From the NCBI RefSeq assembly GCF_964355755.1, contig NC_092672.1, forward strand, positions 992,001 to 1,056,000: 64,000 bases of DNA, in the 5' to 3' direction. Each line of letters begins with the position of its first letter. The stretch's first letter is position 1. The notes beneath the pieces were generated by a model. It was not told where the DNA came from. It was given only the letters and a program-made list of their open reading frames with translations, and searched no databases. Source of the stretch: Antedon mediterranea (Eukaryota > Animalia > Echinodermata). Both the position numbers and the translations under genes were made by a program. This document shows, in pieces, positions 1-11,252 of the stretch.

Positions 1-3000
1 CTGCAACTGTATCTTGTATTTGCAGTAGTGTTTTTCCTTACTTACAAATTACTGCAATGCTTCCAAGAAAAGAAGCAAGTATCACCACCTCGAGGACCAA
101 GAGAATGGCCTATCGTTGGTATGTTACCGAGTTTAGCAGGCAAAGCTCCATACAAGATTCTCAGTCGCATGGCCAAGAGGTATGGTGGAATATTCGCAGG
201 AAAAATGGGAAATGTTCCTACGATTTTCATCTCAGATTTTGAGTTACTGAAGCAAGCTTTTTGTCAGCCGGGTCATTTGTTTAGTGGCCGACCTTCTGTG
301 ACAATGTTTGAGTTGAGTAAAGGCCGAGGTAAGTTCAGTTTTCATATTATATAGGCCTAATTATGTTGCATCACAGGTCACTGTCACTTTCTCATAATTG
401 ATAATTGGTAGTAGCCTATAGCACGCAGTACGATGTGTTTTGATTAGATACCAATTAGGCCTCCGTATATCTGACACATTCCTCGAGGCTTTTAAACCTC
501 ACTCACATCAGATATTCTTTTAAACTGTGTGGTTATTATTTTAATATTTCAACTTTAAGGCGCATATTCTAAGTTGCTATTTGGATACTCTTATTTATGA
601 CATTAGTCTCAGCCAAAGTCGAAGAGTTCGCACAAAAAAATAGAAAGTATAATTAATGAACTATCGGTGAATGATCTATATAAAAAACTACATGAACATA
701 AACTATACGTATGTATGTAAGCCTATGAACTGCTCCGGTAATGACCTGTTTAAGGCATACTGACGTTGACAAGCTGTCATGGTTAGACCATTGTCTACCG
801 AATTATAATGGATTTCAATGGTACTATAATTATTCATATAACCCGAGTAGGCCTACAGATAGAGACATATGGTAGTTTAATAATAGGCCTATATAGTACA
901 TATAAAACATTGATAGACATGCCTAATGCCTTCAATATTAATCAGACTATCAAAGCATTTATTTAATCAGAGAGATGCAAACTAATACGACATCTCTCTC
1001 AATCAAGCACATCGTCTGGTTTCCAGACGGAGTTTTGTCTTAATATTAGTAAAGAGATTGGCTTCGTGAATCATGCCTACCCTGGATGTTACTAACACAT
1101 AATGTAGCCTATACTATTTGAGTTTGTGTATTTTCACGTCAACTGGCGAACTAACATACAAAAGAGACAATAAACAGACTTGGAGCAGGTAGGTATACCT
1201 CACTGCTTGGAGCGTGTCTATGCAGCACAGTGAGGCGGCCCACGGTTTGTGAAAATAGCCTATGGCACGCACCCGCTATGGCCTCAGCGTAATGCACTAT
1301 ATTATAATATCAGCAGGGGTAATAAATTACACAGTACAATATTTTAGTCTACGTATTCTGTATGGTCTGGCATACCATAATAATGTATGCTTACAAGTAA
1401 ATAATGTATGAAGGTCATCACGGAATTTATTTCCTGAATCTATTATTAGACTTGCAATAGGTCAAGATTCTTCTGTGTGAACGCGAACTTGTGTTTACAA
1501 TTGACAGCTTACAGTTACAATTTAAGTTAATACACAATGGACAATGACACTCACTTTTTGTACAATACTATCCAGGAAGTTGTAAACTGTGGAAGTACGA
1601 CCTTTAAACGCTTTAACTAAAAATCCCAATATTATACACACTATTATTATGCTTGTAACTCGATATTAATGTCAATACAATTGCGACAATGCAATATAAA
1701 ATAGAATATTTAATGAAAGCTATAGTGAAAAGGAAAGTTTGCTGCCCGGTTTGAGGCGAAGGGGAGTGCGGAGATTGAGAAAGAGTGGGGAAGATTGAGA
1801 AAGAGTGTGGGAGATTGAGAAAGAGTGGGGGAAGATTGAGAAAGAGTGGGGAGATTGAGAAAGAGTGGGGGAGATTGAGAAAGAGTTGGGGAGATTGAGA
1901 AAAGAGTGGGGAAGATTGGGAGAGGCAAAGTGGGGAAGATTGAAAGAAAACTGGTGAGAGTGGGGGAAGGTTGGTGCAAGAGAATTCCGGGAGATTGAGG
2001 GGTGTATTGTGGAGTACGGTTTAATTTTTGTTAATTTTCGGCGTATTATTGTAATAAAATGATATTCAAAACATTTATTTAATATTAAAAATAATGATGA
2101 AATATTGGTACAATACTGAATATTATTATACTTCTTTTATAGGTATAGGATGTGCATATTACGGACAGTCTTGGAAAGAACATCGCAAATTCACAGTTAA
2201 ACTCCTCCGCCATTTTGGAATGGGTAGACGTAGTATACAGGGACGCATAATGACAGAGGTGGACTTTTACCTATCAGACTTATCGAACATGGTCGATAAA
2301 CCATATTACATGGGTCAGCTGACCAACAATGCAGTCGCCAATATCATCTATTCTATTGCGTTTGGTGAACGGTTTGAATACACTGACGAGAACTTTATAA
2401 ATCTTCAGCGAATTACGAGGTATTGTTTAGACATGATGGGCTCTGCTGGTATCTTCAACTACCTCCCGTACCTCAGGCACCTCCCATTTACGTCTTTCAA
2501 CGCCTTTCATAAACTATATGATGAATTCTGTTTGTTTGTCGACGAACGGTTAGTCCAACCTTCTACGGATAACCCCACCGAAGCTAAGAGTTTTATCGAT
2601 GCGTATTTCATAGAGATGAACAGGAAAAATGATAACGAAGAAGAAACTACAATGTGTAGAGAGACACTGCTATTCACCGTTGTAGACTTAATTGCCGGAG
2701 GTACCGACACGACGACTTCAACGTTGATGTTTTTACTAGCGTACACCGTCGCGTACAAGGATGTGCAGCGTAAGATTCAGGAGGAAATTGACACGGCGGT
2801 CGGTTCTCAACGAAATGTTTTCTTGGACGACATGGATAATTTACCGTACACGTGCGCAACTATTTACGAAGTTATGCGCATGGCTAGTTCGGTTGCTCTT
2901 GGTAGGTTCTATACGTTGTCATAAGTAGGCGCCGGGTTGGCGGGGCTATATAAAATATCACGATAAAGCAACGGAAGCTTTTTGCACAGACTATATATTA

Positions 3001-5075
3001 GGAATTGCCAATTGGCATTTGCGCACTGGATGGACATTATTTTGTTTTTAAATTATATGTGCGTAACGTCCTTAAGTGCCTACACGTCATTATATGCGTA
3101 CACGTCATTATGTGCGTACATGCAATTAAGTGCGCACACGTAATTAAGTGTCTCATTGCGATGTCGTGGTATTTTTTTTAATGCTAACATTTTTATTTTG
3201 TAAATTCAAGGTGTACCTCATTCTACAACGAAAGCAGTCGAATTGAATGGATACCACCTCGATGAGGGCGTTCAAGTGATTGGTAACCTGTACTCAATAA
3301 TGCACGATCCTTCTACCTGGGAAAACCCCGAAGAATTCAAGCCGGAAAGGTTCTTGAATGAAGATCGCAGCAAAGTCATCCTCCCGAAACAATGGATACC
3401 ATTTGGAATAGGTAAGCACGCTATATCTTTTAACATCATGTGTATGCATACCGCCGAAAAAAGCACTACGCGCGCGTTTAAATATTGATGATAATAAATG
3501 TAACGCATGATGTCACTGACGTACGGATAGTTTGCGGGGTTGTGATTGGCGAATTAAAGTTAACACTCTGGGACACACAATGCAGAAATTATCTTGACCA
3601 ATCACGAGCGACGGATCGGATGAGTTGACGTCGCTTATAATGAATCAAGTTGATTGCGTTGTGCGACGTCCTTCATTTGGTTTGCGTGTAACTATGCGAT
3701 ACGTAAAGACAGGGCTTGGTTCACACTTGCACGTAACGCAATGACGTAGTCGCGTCGTGATTGATCAAATTACGGTGGTGCAGTTAATTACGTCATTGCG
3801 TTACGTCCAAAGTGAGAATCAAGCTATCGGATGTCGCGCGTGGTTTTTTTATTTGACTTTTAGAGAAGGCTATACATTTCTTCGGGTTAACAAACGCGGA
3901 CAGTGCCACGTCATATTTTGGCGGTCTAGTGATGTCTCCAATTCCGGTTGTCACCTGGTGCCTTCTCATCCTGGTAAATCGTGAAAGGTATTGTAGGCAT
4001 AGTATTGAGGAAACAGTTTTACAATTCAAGAACGGACATTATTGACATCCACGCGTTGACAGCTAATATCCGTCGAAAACAAGGTCGTACTCGTAGTGTC
4101 GGTAGTTCAAGGAAATAAAAAAAAACAGCTACGGAGAATAAAGGGTTTACCTGTGACCGCGACACGATCTTTTCTGCGCCCTTTAACTGACACTGCGCGC
4201 TGCGGAGAATATTTCCATAGTGTACAGTACTGTTTGTATTTGCAGCCAGTCATAAGATCAAAGGACTGTTACGAGTTCCTATTTTGGCAAGGCAAAACAG
4301 TGTCCTGTTGGTATATCTATTCCCTGGGTCATGGTTATCAAAACCGGGAAGTCAAGTAAAGTTGAGAATGGCGTTCCGTCTTAACTTTAAGCTATTACTA
4401 CTCCAGAAACGCCTAGCCAAGTTCCCAACTATACTTATCTTAAGCTCTCTGTCTACACTATTAAACTTTATATGTGACAAAAAAATGTGATGGGCCCATA
4501 TATGGACATGATGATGTCATATAACTATCATTAGGGGCCTATATTGGCATATCACCACCATATTTGGGTACATCACATTTTTTATGTCACATAAAGTTTG
4601 ATAGTGTAGACAGAGCTTTAGGAGAGAATGTTTCTTTTTTGTTGATCCAATAGATTAAAAAGTATTAAAAGTGGTACTTACAACGACGTTTCGCAAACAT
4701 TCAGTGTGTTTTCTCACAAGTAGACGATGGTACCATTTTTAGTACACATTTCGATCTATTAATCAACAAAAATGAAAAATTCTCTCTGGAACCCAGACTA
4801 GCCGCCTTGCAAACGTACAGCATTGCAACCAAGTTCCTAATAGCATCGTTATTATTTTTTCAGGTAATAGAAGATGTCCTGGTGAGGCTCTTGCTAAAAG
4901 CACGGTGTTCTTATTCTACACGAATCTCATACACACGTTTGACCTGAGTCTACCGGAGAATGAACCAAAAATCAATCTTCAACCTCGAGATGGAATTACT
5001 CTGCAACCAGAATCTCACAAAATATTACTGTCACATCGGACACACAGTAACATTACCACCGAAACCAAACAGTAG
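1..5075 (+). CDS. Cytochrome P450, clan 2 (CYP2-like); 4 exons, 5' end truncated by the window edge
   Basis: Exons 1-328, 2143-2901, 3211-3411, 4864-5075, all GT-AG with matching phase-1 junctions. Motifs: membrane anchor plus PPRGPREWPIVG, WKEHR (C-helix), AGGTDTT (I-helix), EVMR (ExxR), FKPERF, heme motif PFGIG|NRRCPGEALA. Stop TAG at 5073-5075. Frame is open from base 1, so the ATG lies upstream. Confidence 0.93.
1771..1945. repeat. Purine-rich 20-22 bp tandem repeat (GAGATTGAGAAAGAGTGGGG) in P450 intron 1
   Basis: About 7-8 degenerate units directly visible. Confidence 0.9.
3713..3825. mobile_element. MITE family 1 (TIR AGCTTGGTTCxCACT)
   Basis: Ends GGCTTGGTTCACACTT and AAGTGAGAATCAAGCT; inner palindrome CGTAACGCAATGACGTA / TACGTCATTGCGTTACG. 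Related copy at 5177-5375; fragments near 16320-16410, 17810-17945 and 29692-29790. Confidence 0.7.
4441..4620. mobile_element. MITE family 2 (TIR AGCTCTGTCTACACTATCAAAC, TWA-flanked; PIF/Harbinger-like)
   Basis: Ends TAAGCTCTCTGTCTACACTATTAAACTTT and AAAGTTTGATAGTGTAGACAGAGCTTTA. About 10 full or partial copies in the window. Superfamily is inferred from the TAA/TTA flanks only. Confidence 0.85.
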
Positions 5076-5176
5076 ACTTTGAATATAATTCATTGGACCG
5101 AATACAGGGCGGGTGGAGGATAGAGGGCGGTTTAGGGGGTACAAAATTACAGCGACAATTCTGGATTTGTGGATTG

Positions 5177-5375
5177 AAGCTTGGTTCCAACTAGACCGTA
5201 ACGCAACGTAACATAACGTAACTAGACCGTAACGCAAGTACGTAAAAGGTACAGAAGTACAGTAGGTTGTTTCAATCACAAGCGACGCGTACGATTCTAT
5301 CCTTTCGTTTGTGATTGGTCAAATTACGTGCGTTGCGCGTACGTCGTGTGTTGCGTCATAATGGGAGCCAAGCTT
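5177..5375. mobile_element. MITE family 1 copy in the P450 3' region
   Basis: Ends AAGCTTGGTTCCAACTAG and ATGGGAGCCAAGCTTT form inverted termini; internal TGATTGGTCAAATTACG resembles the 3713 copy. Confidence 0.7.
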
Positions 5376-6826
5376 TAGGAATTTACAGGAATTATTATTA
5401 TATTATTATAGGAAGTATTCTTCAAAAACGTAGCCTATAGACAAAATAAAAATGTAGATATAAACAGTCACTGCCAAACAGGAGCTAAAAACAAAATCTA
5501 ATTAATTCTACAATTATCAAAGACCCAGTACTACAATAAAATAATTACCCAGATATGTCCAAATTTAAACAACGCAGTTGAAATGTAGAATGTGTTTTCA
5601 GTATTTCAGTAGTGATGTTTTGTGCTCTTATACTTCAATCTGGGAGAATTCTAGTCAAGCTAGCCATATTTGTACAAAGATTTATGTTACGTCACTGTAA
5701 TATAGTTTATATAATTATTTTATATATCAAGAACTACTTTAGATAACTTCTCTAACTATTTGTCAAAGTACATGTAGATTCATCCGCATTTGAACGCGCG
5801 CGCGTATCTAAATTTGTTTCATCGCATTGACGTGACACGTACTAAAAACGCGTACAAATACAAAAACTTATGTCAGTAGATACGTAACACTGACGTCATA
5901 AGTAAATAAGCACTAAAGTTTTGTTGTAAAATATTCAATATTCATTGTTTCCATTAATGTTGATATCTATGTTATGCATTAATGTTGATATCTATGTTAT
6001 GCATTGCGCAGCTAATACATTATTTTTAATGAATTATTTAAAAATGCATACAAATAGGCTATAGATATTGAAACAAGAATTCTTATCTAAAGGCTAAATT
6101 AATGCACTTTTCCTGTTATAATAATTGTCATTAAAGATAACATGCCTACGATAGCGAGTCACTAACAATATCAACAAAAAATCACAGTAATACAATAAGT
6201 GATGTACGCATATCGTCGTGTTGTTACGTCATAGTGCAATGTATAAATGTATTATAATCTCTATGCACAAACACAGTAAAGAATGACGTCAGCGAACATG
6301 TTTGCAAAGAATAAACTGTTATTGTCATTCAAAATCTGTTTTGTTTACATCAGCAATTGTTTGTTTTGTAAAAATAATGTGAATAAATAAAATAAAAGAT
6401 TTATTTTGTTATTTAGTCGTTTTCTTTGTAATTGACGTTGACTTAAATTCAGAATAATTCAGATTAACTAAACTAAACTTAACAAAATAATAAAATAATT
6501 CTGTAGGTGTGAAACCGATGGTATGTTGATGACATTAATATTGTTGTATTATTTATATATTGACGACAGACTGAGGATAATACATACATATTTGCCCAAT
6601 GACACAGGAGGAATGAGTAAATGTTCTCACTGATTTTTTAAAACAACAATGTGGTTCTAGTAACAAAGATAAGCTGTGGCACTGAATATTCATAAGACGA
6701 ATGTACAAAGTAGGATGGTATTCAAATGACGGCCTATACAAAGGAAGTCAACATACGTCCTGTGAATGTTATCGTTGGGCTTATAGACTATAGGAGCTTC
6801 ACCTTTTATTCAACATTTTTAGTCTA

Positions 6827-7006
6827 AAGCCTATTTCCAACAAGGCGAATTTGTTCGCTCGAATCGAAAGCGCCAGCTTTTACACATGCATATTCATGTT
6901 TCCCATCTTCAAAAGACGCTTTCAATTCGGTGACTACTTCTTCGCATGCAGCTAAAGTAAAATGACGTCACGCGCGAACTAATTCGTATAGTGGAAAATC
7001 GGCTTA
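6827..7006. mobile_element. MITE-like element with imperfect ~30-bp TIRs
   Basis: AAGCCTATTTCCAACAAGGCGAATTTGTTCGC versus GCGAACTAATTCGTATAGTGGAAAATCGGCTT. Confidence 0.6.
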
Positions 7007-7134
7007 AAATCACCGGACATTTAAGAACAAATTGAAAAAATGGAATAAATTCTACAACGTTGAATTATCGCACTTGCTAATTCGCATGAATAACCTCTCA
7101 TACCAAACAGACCGATAAAAAGATATTTTAATAT

Positions 7135-7340
7135 CTATATATAAATTTACGTAAGGGCAAAATTCGGTAAATCGCGCCTTACTTTTAGAATTTTTACTCG
7201 ATGGTATATAAAGTTGGTTCGTACTTTCGGTACTGATTTTAACCACCTGATGTAACCCTGTTTACTAATTAAATTAAGTTAGATAATTAGTTATTGACGA
7301 TTAAAACGAATTTAGGTTCAACGATTTGCCCCAAATAGGG
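7135..7340 (-). repeat. Dispersed repeat, inverted copy of 14916-15110; partial direct copy at 7952-8035
   Basis: TTAGGTTCAACGATTTGCCCCAA is the reverse complement of TTGGGGCAAATCGTTGAACCTAA; the match extends about 200 bp. Confidence 0.8.
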
Positions 7341-8543
7341 GTGTTTTCCGATCGTGGTATACACTGTCTAATGGATGTCCATCTTGAAAAATACCCGCCA
7401 CAAAAATGCGAGGAGGCTTCGCATTTTCCTATCTCCTCCTACGATAATTGTTTTTAATAGCTGAAAACCGGTTGAACAGCTCGAGTACAGTATCATAATG
7501 TTGAAGACATGCCGATTTTCTTAAAAAAATACTATTTTTACGTTTATGCAAATGTATTGATTTGAAATGAATGGAACATTCCATTCTCTGTTCCACAAGT
7601 GTCTATTCCCTCAGGCGTCGTAAAGGCAAGTACTGTATACTCATAACAGAAATTCGATCCATTTTTTTTTCAATCTGTGCTGCAGAGGTTGGATATAGAT
7701 TTGTTTTTAACGGATAATGAGCTAGCGTTTTCAGTCGCCGTATATTATGTACAAATCTTTATTATTGCAGTTAAACCACCAACGTGACATCATCACCCTT
7801 CCCTCACTGGCATGAGTAGCGTTGTAAAGCCAGTAGAGGATAGGCCTACGGTGCATCACATGCCCTAAACGTAGAACAACTTTGGTGGGTAGGGTTAGGA
7901 ACCAACTTAAGTATGAATTGGCTCTAAGAAACAATTAAAAACCATTAGGCCTACTAATTAAGTTGAGTTAGATAATTTAATATTTATTGACGATTAAATC
8001 GAATTTATGATTTGCCACGAATAGGGGTGGTTTTCACAAATTGTTTTACATTATATAAACTACAGTATTATTATACACGTCGTAGTGATGTATCGTTACA
8101 TGTACTGTACTATTTCAATCGACTAGGACGGTGATAGTTTCAACAAAGTATTACATCGCAATGTTTTACTGTGTTTAGTGGTATATTATTTGTAAAACAT
8201 GAAAACAATTAATATTTCGTTACTACATGGATAAAGAATATATTTAAAAATTGTTCCTCTTTGCACCCATCCTCTTTCCCATCCCTCAACCCTAATGTTA
8301 CATACAAAACACAAATTAAGTTTGTTTAAATTTGACTTAAACAATTGGTCTCATTTTGTGACAAGTTTCTCTTTCGGAAGTAATTCCCAGGGTGCTAATT
8401 TTAGTTCAGTACATAAATCACAGTGTCTATTTATTCGTTCCTGTAAACGACATGTATTATTGTCCTGCGGTACGTACATTTGAAATCGCCAGTTTTTTAA
8501 CGCTGAAATTATTATGTATTCGAGAACCATCTGTGGGCACGAC

Positions 8544-8580
8544 CTAGATGGTACGCGAGCGAAGCGAGCGTACCATCTAG
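8544..8580 (+). mobile_element. Hairpin ending in CTAG; candidate Helitron-like 3' terminus
   Basis: CTAGATGGTACGC-GAGCGAAGCGA-GCGTACCATCTAG followed by T. GC-rich stem and terminal CTAG resemble rolling-circle element ends; no 5' end identified. Confidence 0.4.
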
Positions 8581-8799
8581 TTATGATAATAATATTAAAA
8601 AACACTTTGAAATGTATGAGAATTTATTAAATTATTCATTCCACTTGGTTAGTTCCCATGAAAGGCGAATGGAAATGGCCTCCCGATAACTTTACTATTA
8701 TGATGTTAATATAAATATGTATGTACTGCAGAGGTTCCTATTTTTTAACGAAGGCACCAGAGTTCACATCTCTTATATATATTTTTTTTAAAGTTTTAG

Positions 8800-9444
8800 A
8801 TAAAGCCAGAGAAGATCATTTGTACGCAGCTAAATTGGCCGAAAAAGCAGAACAATATGATGGTATAAGTTTGTATTTAAAATATAAAAATTATTATGAA
8901 ACTTGATTAAAAAATAGTTGTCCTGGCGAGGTGTACCTAATATATAGCTTAATTTACCTAACTAGACACTGAAAAGAAGCAAAGAAAGTATCTCTTTAAA
9001 AGGAAAAATAATTTAGCATATAAAGGTCTTAAGAAAGTAATAATTGTCCTAAAATATGGTTGGTTGTCATTTTTAATCGCCACAATGTATTGATGTTTTT
9101 ATTTTCAATTTCATTGTAATATCTTTAATTATAGTTATTATAGAAATGGTATTCTCTCTGTTTTTTTTATAGACATGGTTAGGGCAATGAAGAATGTAGT
9201 TCAATTGGGCGTAACCTTTACTGTAGAGGAAAGAAATTTACTGTCGGCTGCCTACGAAAATGCAGTAGATGCTAAGAGAGCCTCGTGGAGAACGGTCAAC
9301 GACGAACTCAAACAGAAAGAGTTGATTTATCAATCTAAGTATGCATCTAAGTATGGATGTAGTATCAATCTAAGTATGGATACTTCTAAGTATGGATCTA
9401 GTATGGATCTCAGTATGGATACTTCTAAGTATGGATACTTCTAA
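8800..9444 (+). pseudogene. Partial 14-3-3 copy A (helices A-C only), running into a minisatellite; pseudogene or extra N-terminal exons of copy B
   Basis: Exon 8800-8862 (KAREDHLYAAKLAEKAEQYD) and exon from 9173 (DMVRAMKNVVQLGVTFTVEERNLLSAAYENAVDAKRASWRTV...), GT-AG, phase 1. Homology ends near 9330; in-frame stop at 9442-9444 inside the satellite. Confidence 0.75.
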
Positions 9445-10065
9445 GTATGGATACTTCATGGATCTCAGTATGGATACTTCTAAGTATAGATACTTCTAAG
9501 TATGGATACTTCTAAGTATGGATACTTCTAAGTATGGATCTCAGTATGGATACTTCTAAGTATGGATACTTCTAAGTATGTATATTTCTAAGTATGGATC
9601 TCAGTATGGATACTTCTAAGTATGGATACTTCTAAGTATGGATACTTCTAAGTATGGATATTTATAAGTATGGATACTTCTAAGTATGGATACTTCTAAG
9701 TATGGATATTTCTAAGTATGGATATTTCTAAGTATGGATATTTCTAAGTATGGATACTTCTAAGTATGGATACTTCTAAGTATGGATACTTCTAAGTATG
9801 GATACTTCTAAGTATGGATACTTCTAAGTATGGATACTTCTAAGTATGGATACTTCTAAGTATGGATACTTCTAAGTATGGATACTTCTAAGTATGGATC
9901 TCAGCATGGATACTTCTAAGTATGGATCTAAGCATGAATTTAAGTATGGATACTTCTAAGTATGGATCTAAGTATGAATCTAAGTATGAATCTAAGTATG
10001 AATCTAAGTATGAATCTAAGTATGAATCTAAGTAAGGATCTAAGTAGAATCTAAGTAGGATCTAA
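9331..10065. repeat. Minisatellite of 16-bp (GGATACTTCTAAGTAT) and 12-bp (TCTAAGTATGAA/GGA) units
   Basis: Directly visible; it begins inside the 14-3-3 copy A exon. Confidence 0.95.
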
Positions 10066-10959
10066 CTACTAATGCCTAAACGTTCAATTATACGAAGACG
10101 GATTGCTTCACTGTCAGTGACCACGTGACCACCAATTAGAAGTAAACGATGCAATAAAAGCTATATTATTATTAGATACAAGTAAAACTATATAAAAGAT
10201 AGTTAACTCTTTGAAATACATGATAATATATTAAATCATTCATTCCATGGTTAGTTCTCATGGGATAACCTTTCATCAATACAATCAAACAAAGAATTCC
10301 ATTACCGATAAAAATATACTTTAAATTTTGCTGTTAATATACAGTACAATCGAAGGAAAAAATGGTCTGACCAATAACAAGTTAATTACTATTATAATAA
10401 TAATTATAACAAAAGAAGCATTTTTATGATTTTTTAAACGTGATTTTAAACATTACTATTATGATGGTAATATACAGTACAATCGACGGAAAGTGGCCTG
10501 ACCGATAAAAAGATACTTTACTATTTTAATTAAAATACTATGAATTAATGAGCTATTGTTTAATCTCTCTGAAATATATGAGCACTGACTATTACTCTTA
10601 TTCTACCTGAAGGCAACAGAAGGCAGCAGTCTTTCCATCGTTGTAAACTAACTTAAATAAAATAACACTTTTAAAATGAACGTAACGTCAGTAGTATACC
10701 TTGTATTGCTTTGTTTCTTCGCAAGAGTGACATACTCGCAACACAATGGTAAGATGTATTATCTTGTTTATTTTGTATAATAATAATTAATTAGAATAAC
10801 TTTTGAAATAAGTATGTTCAATATATTTTTCCATCCAGCAGCGAGTAACTTGCCAATTGCAGGATGGATAAACTATTTTATAATTTATCGTGCTTATAAA
10901 CCAAGTCTCTGTTGAGGCTTATAGGGAGTGGAGTTGAAAGAGTCGTGACTTACAACCCT

Positions 10960-11045
10960 GACACTAGGTCAGGATTGAACCCCGGACCCGGCAAGCACTT
11001 TGACCACAAATCTACAGCTCCACTCCACCAAGCTACAGCTCCACA
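10960..11045 (-). mobile_element. tRNA-derived SINE head fragment (same family as 20981)
   Basis: Reverse complement reads GTGGAGCTGTAGCTTGGTGG...GGGGTTCAATCCTGAC, with A-box-like and B-box-like motifs. Confidence 0.55.
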
Positions 11046-11252
11046 ATATAAAGCCGAAACAAAATATATAGAAACGTGTGTTTTTCTCGGTTTAAGCATT
11101 GTAATTGTTTTCCAGTAGTTTGCCTAATTTAATATATAAAAAACAGCTCCTCTGCAAATAATCTTCTGACTGTTTTACCCTCTTTCGGACTTTCTTTCTG
11201 CCTACGTAAAATAAGCATAGGACATCTCGTGATATTTTGTGTTTATTTGTAG

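Noticed and set aside
10746-10748. ATG before GTAAGA as the start codon of 14-3-3 copy B
   Set aside because: It gives a phase-0 junction, whereas the next exon in both copies needs phase 1, and no in-frame alternative acceptor was found.
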